A DNA stretch of 64,000 nt from Octopus sinensis (lineage: Eukaryota): assembly GCF_006345805.1 (NCBI RefSeq), contig NC_043014.1:39370001-39434000 (forward strand), in the 5' to 3' direction. Shown here piece after piece: positions 48,955 to 61,849 of the stretch. The notes beneath the pieces are model-generated. The model searched no databases. It was given only the letters and a program-made list of their open reading frames with translations, and was not told the origin of the DNA. A program made the position numbers and the translations under genes. Position 1 is the first letter of the stretch. Each line of letters starts with the position of its first letter.

Positions 48955-49152
48955 GTATATGGATGCACGTCGGATAAAATGCTTAGCAGCATTTCGTCCG
49001 TCTTTACGTTCTGAGTTCATATTCCGTCGAGGTTGACGTTGCCTTTCATCCTTTCGGGGTCGATAAAATAAGTACCAGTCGAGCACTGGAGTCGATGTAA
49101 TCGACTTAGCCCCTCTGCCGAAATTGTTAGCCCTGTGCCAAAATTTGGAACC
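48955..49152 (+). mobile_element. SINE family 1 variant, 5'-truncated
   Basis: Central domain plus AAATTGTTAGCCCTGTGCCAAAATTTG tail. Confidence 0.8.
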
Positions 49153-49880
49153 AATATTACGACAAATATATATGGGACAGCAAAAAATTCTTACGCTAAA
49201 AATATTTACGTTAAAAATAAATTTTTCCTACGGCGAAAATGTTAACGGTAGAAATACCTACCACGAAAGAGGAGCTTCAAGATCCCGTACTCGTGTGTAT
49301 GTGTGTGTGAATATATTATGCTTTCACAATTTATTCCCCTATTTGATATATCAGTACCAGTCTAAGTTAACTATCGTTCATGCTCGTCCACACCTAAAAG
49401 TTAATTCTGAGAAACACTCGAAATATTCGTATGTATTTGTTTATCTCTGTGTATGAGTTTGGGTATCTCTGTACTTCTCTGTTTCTTTGGGTGAGATATA
49501 ATAAGCATTTATGAGAATAATAGGGCAACAGAAAAGATCGGGACTAAGTTAAACGTCTGGCAATGAAAAACTCAAATCACCCTTTAAAAAAAAAAAGAAA
49601 AGCACTAAAATCTTATACTACAATAACTAGCAAGCAAATAGGAAATATCCTATTTCAGTTCTTTATAAATAATACCCTTTATAAACATTTTCGAGTGAAA
49701 AAAATTGAGGCTACTTTCTGTTAAAACATGACATTATCGCATGACATTTCCCCCCCCACTCCATTAACGCTTTTGATATGACGAATTATAATTTTCCCAT
49801 CGAATACGAACTGTTATAATTTTCACATCGAATAAATACTGTTGGCGATTTCTTCTCCTTTTTTGGACCTACCCCTCTAC

Positions 49881-49913
49881 TTTCCAACGAAGAGCTATGC
49901 TCGAAACATCAAA
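49881..49913 (+). ncRNA. Decayed hammerhead motif (family of 18579-18613)
   Basis: TTT-CCAACGA-A-GAGC TAT GCTC-GAAAC-ATC-AAA; the two core changes are consistent with CpG decay. Confidence 0.45.
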
Positions 49914-50274
49914 AACTCTCTCCTTTTACTGAGCGTCAAACTAACACATTCCTTGTGCACATTCCTTGTTGTCTCTTATAGATAATTCTATTATTAGTTT
50001 ACTTAACTTAATTGTTTATTTGAATTGACTATATATATATATATAGTACGTTTATATATTTGTTGTGCAAAATTTTTTATGTGAAGTCGTGTGTTGAAAC
50101 AGATATTGTTATATTTCGGAATGGTCATTTTGTCAGTTTAGCCAATAAAATAAGATTAGATTAATGTAAAAAATAAATAACACTGAAGCAAAGTACAACA
50201 CCAAATATATAGTGCGTGTGTTTTTATTGGCTAAACTGACAAAATGACCATTCCGAAATATAACAATATATATA

Positions 50275-50307
<33 letters not shown>

Positions 50308-50523
50308 TTTTTCTTGTACTTGTTTCAGTCATTAACTGCGGCCATGCTGGAGCAAACCGCCTTTTAAGTGGTGAAAGAGTACAGCAGGGATCACCACCTC
50401 CTGCCGGAGCCTCGTGGAGTTTTAGGTGTTTTCGCTCATAAACACACACAACGCCGGTCTGGGAATCGAAACCGCGATCCTCCGACCGCAAGTCCGCTGC
50501 CCTAACCACTAGGCCATTGCGCC

Positions 50524-51769
<1,246 letters not shown>

Positions 51770-52667
51770 TATATATACATGTGTATATAAATGTGTGTGT
51801 GTGTGTGTGTTTGTGTGTGTGTATATATATATATATTTGTGTATATATATGCGTATATATATATGTGTGTATATATATATATGCGTGTATATATATATAT
51901 ATGCGTATATATTTATATGTATATATATATTCATACATACATGCTTGCATGCATATGTATATATATATCCACACACACATATACAATACATGATATATAC
52001 ATATATATGTGTGTATGTGTATGTATGTGTATATATGTATATACGCGTGTGTGTGTGTTTGTGTGCACGGGCGTGAAATCAGAGTATATAGGCAAAACCG
52101 TATGGTACGTGGGAACAGCAGATGTAGGCGATAATATCGCAGAAATTGTTCCAAACAAACATTCACCAGAAAGAATACGTTGTTCGAGAACAGCAAATTG
52201 AAATTGGGAAGAAATAATTGAGATAACGTAAATGTATTTTTTATGAATTCGTATTTTTTTGTTAAAAATTCATTTGTTTCATTCGGAAATACAGCGTTAT
52301 AAAGAAAAAAACCCAAAAAACACAAAGAATTAGGATAGATGGGAATAATATTTTATTCATAAAAATGATTATGGTTATGGAATTAAATGATTAATCGATT
52401 TTCTTTTATTCAAAAACCTGCTTTCCCCTCATAAATTCATAATGGTACCAATTGTACTTATAAGGGACTCTAAGGGAAATTACCAGCAAATATTTGAAAT
52501 ATGTATAATGCAGGAAAAAAAACAGAAGAAAAACAAGAAACTGATGATTCATTAAATATTTACGCTGCAAAATCATTTGCTTTATATATACGTTACGATA
52601 TCATCAATAATCATTTGTTTTCTATTGTCAGTTTCTGTTTGCTTTATTATTAATTATTAATTATGGT

Positions 52668-52990
52668 GGGTGGGGCATTATTTCCCATTCAAATTGCTCC
52701 AGGCTTTGGAATGTAATCTTCGCTGTATGTGACCGCGCTACTAAACTCGGAACGTTTGTGAGGAACCCAATGATTCAATTTGCTTACTTTTCCAATGGCA
52801 TGCCGGTGTCGATGAATGGTATTCAACCCTAACCCTAACCCATTTACATTTTGTATACTGGATTTGGTCATTCAGACCAAATCCAAGCTTCTCTGCTAGC
52901 TCCTCAATAGTTACGATGGGATTTTGTTCCAACAGAGTTTGCAGGTCGTCCTCGTCGAGCTCTACAGATCTTCCAGGCTCTGAATAGACT
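52668..52990 (-). mobile_element. Second fragment of the deleted mariner, with a 54-bp insertion
   Basis: Same deletion junction (WVPHKRSEF-SSAVTYSED) as the 50.8-kb copy. Confidence 0.85.
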
Positions 52991-53023
52991 CGTCCATGTC
53001 GATATCTATGATCTGAAAAGGGT

Positions 53024-53875
53024 CCAAGATCCAAAGTGGGATTTCCAGATCTGACAAATCCTGAAACGGAGTATCATGTCAGCTTCAACGCTCTTAAGGA
53101 CCCAAGATCCAGAGTGGGATTTCCAGATCTGACAAATCCTGAAACGCAGTATCATGTCAGCTTCAACGCTCTTAAGGACCCAAGATCCAAAGTGGGATTT
53201 CCAGATCTGACAAATCCCGAAACGCAGTATCATGTCAGCTTCAACGCTCTTAAGGACCCAAGATCCAGAGTGGGATTTCCAGATCTGACAAATCCTGAAA
53301 CGCAGTATCATGTCAGCTTCAACGCTCTTAAGGACCCAAGATCCAAAGTGGGATTTCCAGATCTGACAAATCCTGAAACGCAGTATCATGTCAGCTTCAA
53401 CGCTCTTAAGGACCCAAGATCCAAAGTGGGATTTCCAGATCTGACAAATCCTGAAACGCAGTATCATGTCAGCTTCAACGCTCTTAAGGACCCAAGATCC
53501 AAAGTGGGATTTCCAGATCTGACAAATCCTGAAACGCAGTATCATGTTAGCTTCAACGCTCTTAAGGACCCAAGATCCAAAGTGGGATTTCCAGATCTGA
53601 CAAATCCTGAAACGCAGTATCATGTCAGCTTCAACGCTCTTAAGGACCCAAGATCTAAAGTGGGATTTCCAGATCTGGCAAATCCTGAAACGTAGTATCA
53701 TGTCAGCTTCAACGCTCTTAAGGACCCAAGATCCAAAGTGGTATTTCTAGATCTAACAAATCCTGAAACGCAGTATCATGTCAGCTTCAACGCTCTTAAG
53801 GACCCAAGATCCAAAGTAGGATTTCCAGATCTGACAAATCCTGAAACGCAGTATCATGTCAGCTTCAACGCTCTT
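53024..53875. repeat. 78-bp minisatellite, about 11 near-identical copies
   Basis: Unit GATCCAAAGTGGGATTTCCAGATCTGACAAATCCTGAAACGCAGTATCATGTCAGCTTCAACGCTCTTAAGGACCCAA. Confidence 0.97.
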
Positions 53876-54544
53876 GAGATGCTCGGGGAAAAGGAGAAGC
53901 GTATCATGAGATGGGTGTTCTCCCAGTTCTCTAAGGCTCTTGGGTGTTATATGTCATGCTTTTCTTGTAACTGTTTGGTTCGCTAACAAGCCTAGCAGTT
54001 ACGGCATTTCTCTTTAACTGGATGCTAAATTTTCTTTGTACAGTTTACTTGCGATAATATATGCCCCCCGCAAGCTGACGAATGTAGCAAAACAGTTTCA
54101 CTTGCGACGAATTCGGAAAGGTTTCTCTGTATTTAGAACAAAGAAACCCATCTTTTACATTGCACGAACTATACTAATATTCATGAATGCATTTTGTAGA
54201 AAAAAAGTAACGGATTGAAGTTTTAAATAAGTGGTTCCCAAACTTGCCCAAACTATCGACACCATGTTTATTGTGTTAAGAAGGTACGTGAAGGAACATT
54301 GACGTCTTTCGTCATCTAATCTTAGTTGATCGAAACGTAGTTCTGAAAAGCATTTTTCCCCCAATAAGCATGTAGTTAATGTGAAGGATGAAATTGGTAC
54401 TTGGTCAAGAGTTCTTCAATATTGGGCTTCATAATGGTAAGGCGAAATCGCAGGTCTCCTCTCTGCACAATATCCAGGCGATTTCTCGACTTGTTAAGAA
54501 TCTGGGACACCACACTGAAACATCTTTCAACTAATACAGTTCTA

Positions 54545-54965
54545 GGATCTTTTCGGTTTGAACGGCAGTTTTTAACATAATTTCTAGGTAACTAAAACAT
54601 TTTAAACTTCGTATACTGGTAGAATGTATTTATAAAACATCTTTTTCTCTTGGCTTTATTGAGAAAATTCTATAGTTTGTAAGATATTTGTTGCTTTTTT
54701 CCTTCAATTTCTGCAATTTCAACCAATCAATGACGTCTATTGAGTTAAAAAGCATTCTGTGTCGTATGAATATGTCCCTCGTTTAAGAAACAGATTGGGT
54801 TTATTTACATTTGTGAAGAAAAAAAGATACCCTTGCCCCACCCCTAACCCTAACCCTAACCCTAAAACAGATTGAAATGCAATAGATCGATTCTAGGGTC
54901 ATAATTATGGGTGACAATTTCATATGACACCGCTAGAAAAACTGCCGTTCAAACCGAAAAGATCC
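54545..54965 (-). mobile_element. Merlin-like MITE, TSD CAGTTCTA
   Basis: TIRs; TSD at 54537-54544 and 54966-54973. Confidence 0.9.
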
Positions 54966-54967
54966 CA

Positions 54968-55035
54968 GTTCTATATTTAAGAGATGAGGAATTATGTACA
55001 TTATTTACATTTGACGGATATTTGTCCTCATCCTG
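54968..55035 (-). mobile_element. 5'-truncated copy (3' stem-loop only) of the hammerhead-bearing SINE at 57028-57296
   Basis: GTTCTATATTTAAGAGATGAGGAATTATGTACATTATTTACATTTGACGGATATTTGTCCTCATC is identical to 57028-57092. Confidence 0.85.
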
Positions 55036-55590
55036 TTTTTTTTATGGTTGTTCCATAAAAGAGTTATCCAGCTGAATGCACGATGTTATGCATTATGTCT
55101 GTACTTAAATGGAGTTGCCATGTTAGTGATTGAATGCTGGAGAGATGCGTATTACCGTCACACATTGATTGAGAAATCAACACTGACAAAACAGCGAAGA
55201 CTTGCGAACGGATCAAATTCTAAGCGCCAACTAGTCGAAGCAAAATTTTTGGCACCAAACAGCGGACAATCGTAAACGCGGCATTAACCCGTATTACTAC
55301 GCCTACAGCGATGCAGCACCCGAATCACTCACTACAGGGTTAGACTACGCCAGAGAGAAAATAATTTCATCATATTTCATCATACTCAATGAACATGTGG
55401 ATAAGATCTCGTAGTATGTTTTATCTGAATCATTTTTTCAAATCATTCTGGATATCCTTGTCATTTTGTTATTCCCAGCATGAAGATCTCATCAAGGGAA
55501 TTAAGACAAACGTGACATTTAAACGCGTTCATTTTTTTCGTTAGCCTTTCGTAACTTGCCTTTCCACACCCTTTTCTCAAGTTTTATTCC

Positions 55591-55822
55591 TATTTCTTTA
55601 TTACCCACAAGGGGCTAAACACAGAGAGGACAAACAAGGACAGGCAAACGGATTAAGTCGATTACATCGACCCCAGTTCGTAACTGGTACTTAATTTATC
55701 GACCCCGAAAGGATGAAAGGCAAAGTCGACCTCGGCGGAATTTGAACTCACAACGTAACGCAGACGAAATACCGCTAAGCATTTCGCCCGGCGTGCTAAC
55801 GATTCTGCCAGCTCGCCGCCCT
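55591..55822 (-). mobile_element. Full-length family 1 SINE, 14-bp TSD TCAAGTTTTATTCC
   Basis: TSD at 55577-55590 and 55823-55836. Confidence 0.92.
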
Positions 55823-56390
55823 TCAAGTTTTATTCCATTACCTCCACTTTCTGGCCATCCTTCAGCCATCCATCACTCACTTAACACCCTCGTAACCTTT
55901 CATTGCCCACTTGGAAACTCTTACCGACCCCAGGGGGCAGTACCGCATACTTTGGGAACCAGTGTTTTAAGTAACCGAATGACCTTCACTGTCCATTAAG
56001 TTCATTTGTTTTCTGGTACGATTGAAAGAAAATTTATGACTAGTGGTACACTTAATGACGGACACTGGGCGGGATGATATTTTCAGGTTAGCCTATACAT
56101 CCTTTTCCCCGAAGGAAGCATCTTCTTACTTGCATTATCAGTTCCACAAGAAAATTTGAGCATTTGGATTTAAATCTAGCAAAACCATCAATAATTGAAT
56201 GTTGAGCTTTTCAGGCCAATAATTCCAGCGGAGAGATATATCGATTACATGGCCCCTTAGGGCTCAACTTCTACTTATTTTATCGACTCCAAAAGGATGA
56301 ATGGCAAATCGACCTCGGTGGAATTTGAACCCAGAACTCTCTTCCCTACTTTGTAGGGGTTGATTTCTTTGATAAAACAGGCAAGAATAC

Positions 56391-56692
56391 CTATTTCTTT
56401 ACTACCCACAAGGAGTTAAACACAGAGAGGACAAACAAGGACAGGCAAACGGATTAAGTCGATTACATCGACCCCAGTGCGTAACTGGTACTTATTTAAT
56501 CGACCCCGAAAGGATGAAGGGCAAAGTTGACCTCGGCGGAATTTGAACTCAGAACGTAGCGACAGACGAAATACCTATTTCTTTACTACCCACAAGGGGT
56601 TAAACACAGAGAGGACAAACAAGGACAGGCAAACGGATTAAGTCGATTATATCGATCCCAGTGCGTAACTGGTACTTATTTAATCGACCCCG
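56391..56692 (-). mobile_element. 5'-truncated family 1 SINE dimer, 16-bp TSD
   Basis: AAACAGGCAAGAATAC at 56375-56390 and 56693-56708. Confidence 0.9.
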
Positions 56693-57027
56693 AAACAGGC
56701 AAGAATACGGTCATATTTGCCTAAGAGTAAACACACTGAATACAGCCATGCAATCCATATAAACATTGTATCATCGACTGATATCCCGTTCATCTTTTTA
56801 TTTCTTCGCTAGAAATTTTATTTTATTTTTTTTTTGGCCACTATCATATAATTTTCTAGCTTTGTCAACTCGTCTATCTTCGATTCTGCTTGAAAGTAAA
56901 GCAGCGGGGAGTCCAATTGTTCTAATACGACTTCGATTGCCTTTTTTTTTTTTACGTGATATAATCTTGTTTGAGTGAACTTTGGAATTTTATTCTTTCC
57001 TGTCTCGTGTTGAATACTTTTCATATC

Positions 57028-57296
57028 GTTCTATATTTAAGAGATGAGGAATTATGTACATTATTTACATTTGACGGATATTTGTCCTCATCTTGTTTGT
57101 TGTTAACACAACGTTTCGGCTGATATAATCGCCAGCCTTCATCAGGTGTCTTGAGGAAATTTCGAACCTGGGTTCTCATTCTTAAGGTATTTTTCGTTGT
57201 TGTTGTTACTATTATTACTATTATTCAGGTCACTGCCTGGAATCGAACTCGGAATCTTGGGGTTAGTAACTCGCTCTCTTAACCACTACGCCGTAT
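57028..57296 (-). mobile_element. tRNA-headed short retroelement carrying a hammerhead ribozyme
   Basis: Minus strand: A box GGCGTAGTGG, B box GAGTTCGATTCC, (AAT/AAC)n linker, hammerhead at 57150-57105 and a GATGAGGA/TCCTCATC terminal stem-loop. Confidence 0.8.
57105..57150 (-). ncRNA. Minimal type-I hammerhead ribozyme motif, canonical core
   Basis: GACAC-CTGATGA-A-GGCTG GCGATTATAT CAGCC-GAAAC-GTT-GTGTT; 5-bp stems I and II, loopless ACGU stem III. Confidence 0.82.
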
Positions 57297-57652
57297 CATT
57301 CCGAAATTATTTAGGCGTTTACTACTTCGAGTAAAGTAAGACGTTAAATCTTTGTAAAGTAAGACACGAAGAAAAAATTTACCAGCATGACTCGAACAAA
57401 AGACAAACATAATCTCTAACGGAAACAGACAAACAATCTTTTAATTAGATTCTGAAATTCACTTTTGTTACCGACCGTTTGAAACAATTATCACTTGCAA
57501 ATCCAATTATGTTATTCGGGATAATGCTCTGTTTGGATGAAACAAAATTTTACGGCTTTATAAAGACCTTTCGACGAATAATGTTTCATTATAAAAGCAT
57601 CCAGCAAAGTATCTTTGATATTAAGGGCTTTCAAATAATAATAATAATAATA

Positions 57653-57700
<48 letters not shown>

Positions 57701-57702
<2 letters not shown>

Positions 57703-57859
57703 GCCTTGATTCAGTATAAATGCCCTGATGCAGTACCATAAATGCCCTGATGCAGTATAAATGCCCTGATGCAGTACCAATGCCCTGATGCAGTACCATA
57801 AATGCCCTGATGCAGTATAAATGCCCTGATGCAGTACCAATGCCCTGATGCAGTACCAA
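57701..57859. repeat. 19/22-bp minisatellite with a 60-bp higher-order period
   Basis: ATGCCCTGATGCAGTA core with CCATAA, TAA or CCA endings; the A-B-C order repeats twice. Confidence 0.92.
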
Positions 57860-58715
57860 GCAGCGGCTCTCATGGCTTCTGATCTTAACTGACTGGAAGT
57901 GTTATCATGTACATTGTTTTGTCTTGGTGTAAAAGATGGGCTACAGCAAATATTCTGCTCAATACCACAGATTTGCTTGTCAGTTGCTTGACTGTAACCA
58001 GTTGAGCATGTCTCTCAGTGGCTGACGATATGTGCATCTCTGATCACGAGCAGAAGTAGTGGGGGAGAATCATAGCCATGTGTTGAGAGGGATTCTTTGG
58101 GGTTTGAATAATTCACCTCTGGAAAAATGGGTGTTTCATTCAACATCCTTAAACAACCCTCAATCGGGAACCTTTTGAGTGGGATGGGTTACCCAACCAG
58201 AAGAAAATTCTAACTGGGCCTCACCCGCAAGGTCATGCGCTATTTATCTTGTTATGAGATCACCATGTCGCGCACATATGGTTGTGATGCATGTGCCTGG
58301 TGTACCCTTATCAGACGGGTAGTCATGATGGGTATACTGGGCTTCGTATATTTACCCCAGGGTCACTTTGATGACATGCACTGCTCTCTCACTCGAAAAT
58401 AATAATAATAAAAAGATAGGTTACAGCAAATATTCTGCTCAATACCACAGATTTGCTTGTCAGTTGTTTGACCTTAATCAGTTGAGCATGTCCCTTAGTG
58501 ACTGACGATATGTGCATCTCTGATCACAAGCAGAAGTAGTGGGGGAGCATCATAGCCGTGTGTTGAAAGGAATTCTTAGAGGTTTGGATAATTTACCTTT
58601 GGAAACATGGGTGATTCATTCAACATCCTTAAACAATCCTTATTCAGGGACCTTTTGAGCGGGATGGATTACTCGATCAGAAGAAAATTCTAACTGAACT
58701 AACTGAACTGCATAA
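57841..58715. mobile_element. (TAA)n-flanked interspersed element plus partial duplicate; reverse fragment at 59270-59455
   Basis: 57841-58390 lies between TAA tracts; 58415-58700 repeats its middle; 59280-59445 is the reverse complement of its end. Confidence 0.7.
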
Positions 58716-59626
58716 TAATAATAATAATAATAATAGTGCTGGAGTCGGAGAGATGCAAGAGCTTATGGGATTTCCCTCTTCAACCGGATAAGAAGTTAGA
58801 AAATAAACCAGTCATAAGAATAATAGACAAGGAAAAGTGAAGTTGCTTACTTCATCATGTCCAGCTGATTCCAGGATTTGGAAGGAAGAGGATGAAAATG
58901 TCTGGCTCATAGGGTCGGTTTCCTTGGCGTGTAGGTTCCCCACCTGGACGGGACGCCGGTCCGTCGCAGGTGAGCTGCAAGCTGCAGGAGGAAAGAGTGA
59001 GAAAGTTGTGGCGAAAGAGTCAGCAGAAGTTCGCCATTACCTTCTGCCAGAGCCGCGTGGAGCTTAGGTGTTTCGCTCATAAACACACACATCGCCCGGT
59101 CTGAGATTCGAACCCGCGATCCCTCGACCGCGAGTTCGCTGTTCTAACCACTAGGCCATGTGCCTCCACTTTTTAAAATATAGTTCCTTAAAATCTGAAA
59201 TATTATACCACCGTGGTCGATTTTAGCATTCATCCTCTCGTATGTGCCAAAAATTGAAATTATCATCATCATCATTATTATTGAGTAAGAGAGCAGCGCA
59301 TGCCATCAAGGTGATACTGGGGTACAAATATACAAAGCCCAATATATCCACCTTGACTACCCGTATGATAGGATACACCAACCATCACAACCATATGTGC
59401 GCGACACGGTAATCTCATATCAAGATAAACAGCACATGACCTTGCTTGCAGGTGAGGCTCATGAACAAACACATCTCCCGGTCTGAGATTCGAACCTGCG
59501 ATCCCTCGACCGCGAGTCCGCTGCTCTAACCACTAGGCCATGTGCCGCCACCTGTTGTAAGTAGAACGAAAGAAAAGAAAAACGAAAAGAAAATAGAGTC
59601 TATAGTCTATATAAAAAAAACATTTC

Positions 59627-60142
59627 GGAACTTTTCACTTTGACCGGCAGATTTTTAAAATAATTTCTAGGTAATAATTTTAAACTTAGTATACTGGTAG
59701 AATGTGTTTATAAAACATCTTTTTCTCTTGGCTTTCTTGAGAAAATTCTGTAGTTTGTAACATATTTGTTGTTTAATTGGATCTTTTCACTTTGACCGGC
59801 AGATTTAAAAAATAATTTCTATGTAACTAAACACTTTTAAACTTCGTATACTGGTAGAATGTGTTTATAAAACATCTTTTTCTCTTGGCTTTCTTGAGAA
59901 AATTCTGTAGTTTGTAACATATTTGTTGTTTAATAGGATCTTTTCACTTTGACCGGCAGATTTTTAAAATAAATTCTATGCAACTAAAAAATTTTAAACT
60001 TCGTATACTGGTAGAATGTGTTTATAGAACATCTTTTTCTCTTGGCTTTCTTGAGAAAATTCTGTAGTTTGTAACATATTTGTTGTTTAATTTCTTGCAT
60101 TTCGGCAATTTTAAAAATCTGCTGGTCAAAGTGAAAAGATCC
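59627..60142 (+). mobile_element. Sister Merlin-like MITE with triplicated left end, TSD AACATTTC
   Basis: Left-end units start at 59627, 59779 and 59936; one right TIR ends at 60142; TSD at 59619-59626 and 60143-60150. Confidence 0.88.
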
Positions 60143-60498
60143 AACATTTCTACTTATGATTAAACAATAACGTAGCAGCTTTAGTTATATCATATTAAAA
60201 TTGAAGCCTTGAATAAAATGTTGTAAAAAATCCGGCAAAAGCTCTTCCAAAAATAACTATTTAAAGTATACTAATAATTACTTATTCGTAAATTTCTATT
60301 GTTTAAGGAAGTGCTAATTTCCTGATTTTTAGTCTCGTGTTTTGAGGACTGAATTACTGCACTGACTAACTTAACAAGGATTGGCAACATACGTAATCAC
60401 ATTTACACTATTATGCATTTTATTTATAATTATTGTCTGGTTTTTAAAAATCGTTTTCGTAATAAAAATTTGTTAACTGACTCATTACTCCAAAGGTC

Positions 60499-60919
60499 GG
60501 ATCTTTTCGGTTTGAACTGCAGTTTTTAAAAATAATTTCCACGTAACTAAACACTTTTAAACTTCGTAAACTGGTAAGAATGTGTCTATAAAACATCTTT
60601 TTCTCTTGGCTTTATTGAGAAAATTCTATGGTTTGTAAGATATTTGTTGTTGTTTTTTTCTTCAATTTCTGCAATTTCAACCAATCAATGACGTCTATTG
60701 AGGTAAAAAACATTCTGTGCCGTATGAATATCTCCCTCGTTTAAGAAACAGATTGAGTTTATTTACATTTGTGAAGAAAAAAAGATACCCTTCCCCCCAC
60801 CCCTAACCCTAACCCTAAAACAGATTGAAATGCAATAGATCGATACTAGAGTCATAATTATGGGTGACAATTTCATATGACACCGCTAGAAAAAACTGCC
60901 GTTCAAACCGAAAAGATCC
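60499..60919 (-). mobile_element. Merlin-like MITE, no 8-bp TSD, flanked by a ~65-bp duplication
   Basis: TIRs present; 60431-60498 recurs at 60924-60989. Confidence 0.87.
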
Positions 60920-61252
60920 TAAGTATTGTCTATTTTCTTACAAATCGTTTTCGTAATAAAAATTTAACTGACTCATTACTCCAAAGGTCTTTTCGAAATA
61001 GAAGTGCAGTAAAATGATTTCGTCCAGTGTTGGAGAGCGGCTTTAAATTGTGACAATTCAGTCTCTTGTACTTAATAATTATTTCCTCTTAATCGCACTC
61101 ATTACTCTCATCGCCTCTTCTTCCTACGCACTACGTACTAATCTGGTCATCTTCAGGGACATGAAAGCGTTTGTCTTTCAGGTCTCTAAAAATGACCAGG
61201 TTAGCAGCTGTACACTTTGCGGGTCCCTGTGTGGTTTATTAGGCCAATGGTT

Positions 61253-61667
61253 GGATCTTTTCGGTTTGAACGGCAGTTTTTTTATAGCGGTGTCAGATGA
61301 AATTGTCACCCATAATTATGACCCTAGAATCGATCTATTGCATTTCAATCTGTTTTAGGGTTAGGGGTGGGGGAAGGGTATCTTTTTTCTTCAGAAATGT
61401 AAATAAACCCAATCTGTTTTTTAAACGAGGGACATATTCATACGGCACAGAATGTTTTTTTACCTCAATACACGTCATTGATTAGTTGAAATTGCAGAAA
61501 TTGAAGAAAAAAAACAACAAATATCTTACAAACTATAGAATTTTCCCAATAAAGCCAAGAGAAAAAAAAAGATGTTTTATAAACACATTCTACCAGTATA
61601 CGAAATTAAAATTTTTTTAGTTACCTAGAAATTATGTTAAAAACTGCCGTTCAAACCGAAAAGATCC
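61253..61667 (+). mobile_element. Merlin-like MITE, no TSD
   Basis: TIRs present; flanks CAATGGTT and TTAAGTAG differ. Confidence 0.87.
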
Positions 61668-61849
61668 TTAAGTAGCATAGGGCCGGTTTCCCAGTTCCTC
61701 TGGCGTGTTGTATTTCTCCCTGGACGAGACCCTAATCCGTCACAGAATTACTGATTTTTACCTGCTGAATGGACTGGAACAACGTAAAATGAAGGTTCTT
61801 TTGCTGAAGAGCACAACGCTTCGCCCGGTGTTCTACTGGTACTTATTTT

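Noticed and set aside
53024-53875. CRISPR array, C2H2 zinc-finger array or hammerhead array
   Set aside because: No unique spacers; the 26-aa unit lacks the Cys/His pattern; CTGACAA..GAAAC has no stem II.
58250-58390. HDV-like ribozyme at the end of the TAA-flanked element
   Set aside because: I could not assign the nested double pseudoknot by eye; it needs a descriptor search.
61050-61358. 102-aa ORF with a hydrophobic, signal-peptide-like start
   Set aside because: It begins at GTG, runs into a MITE and has no recognisable domain or splice context.
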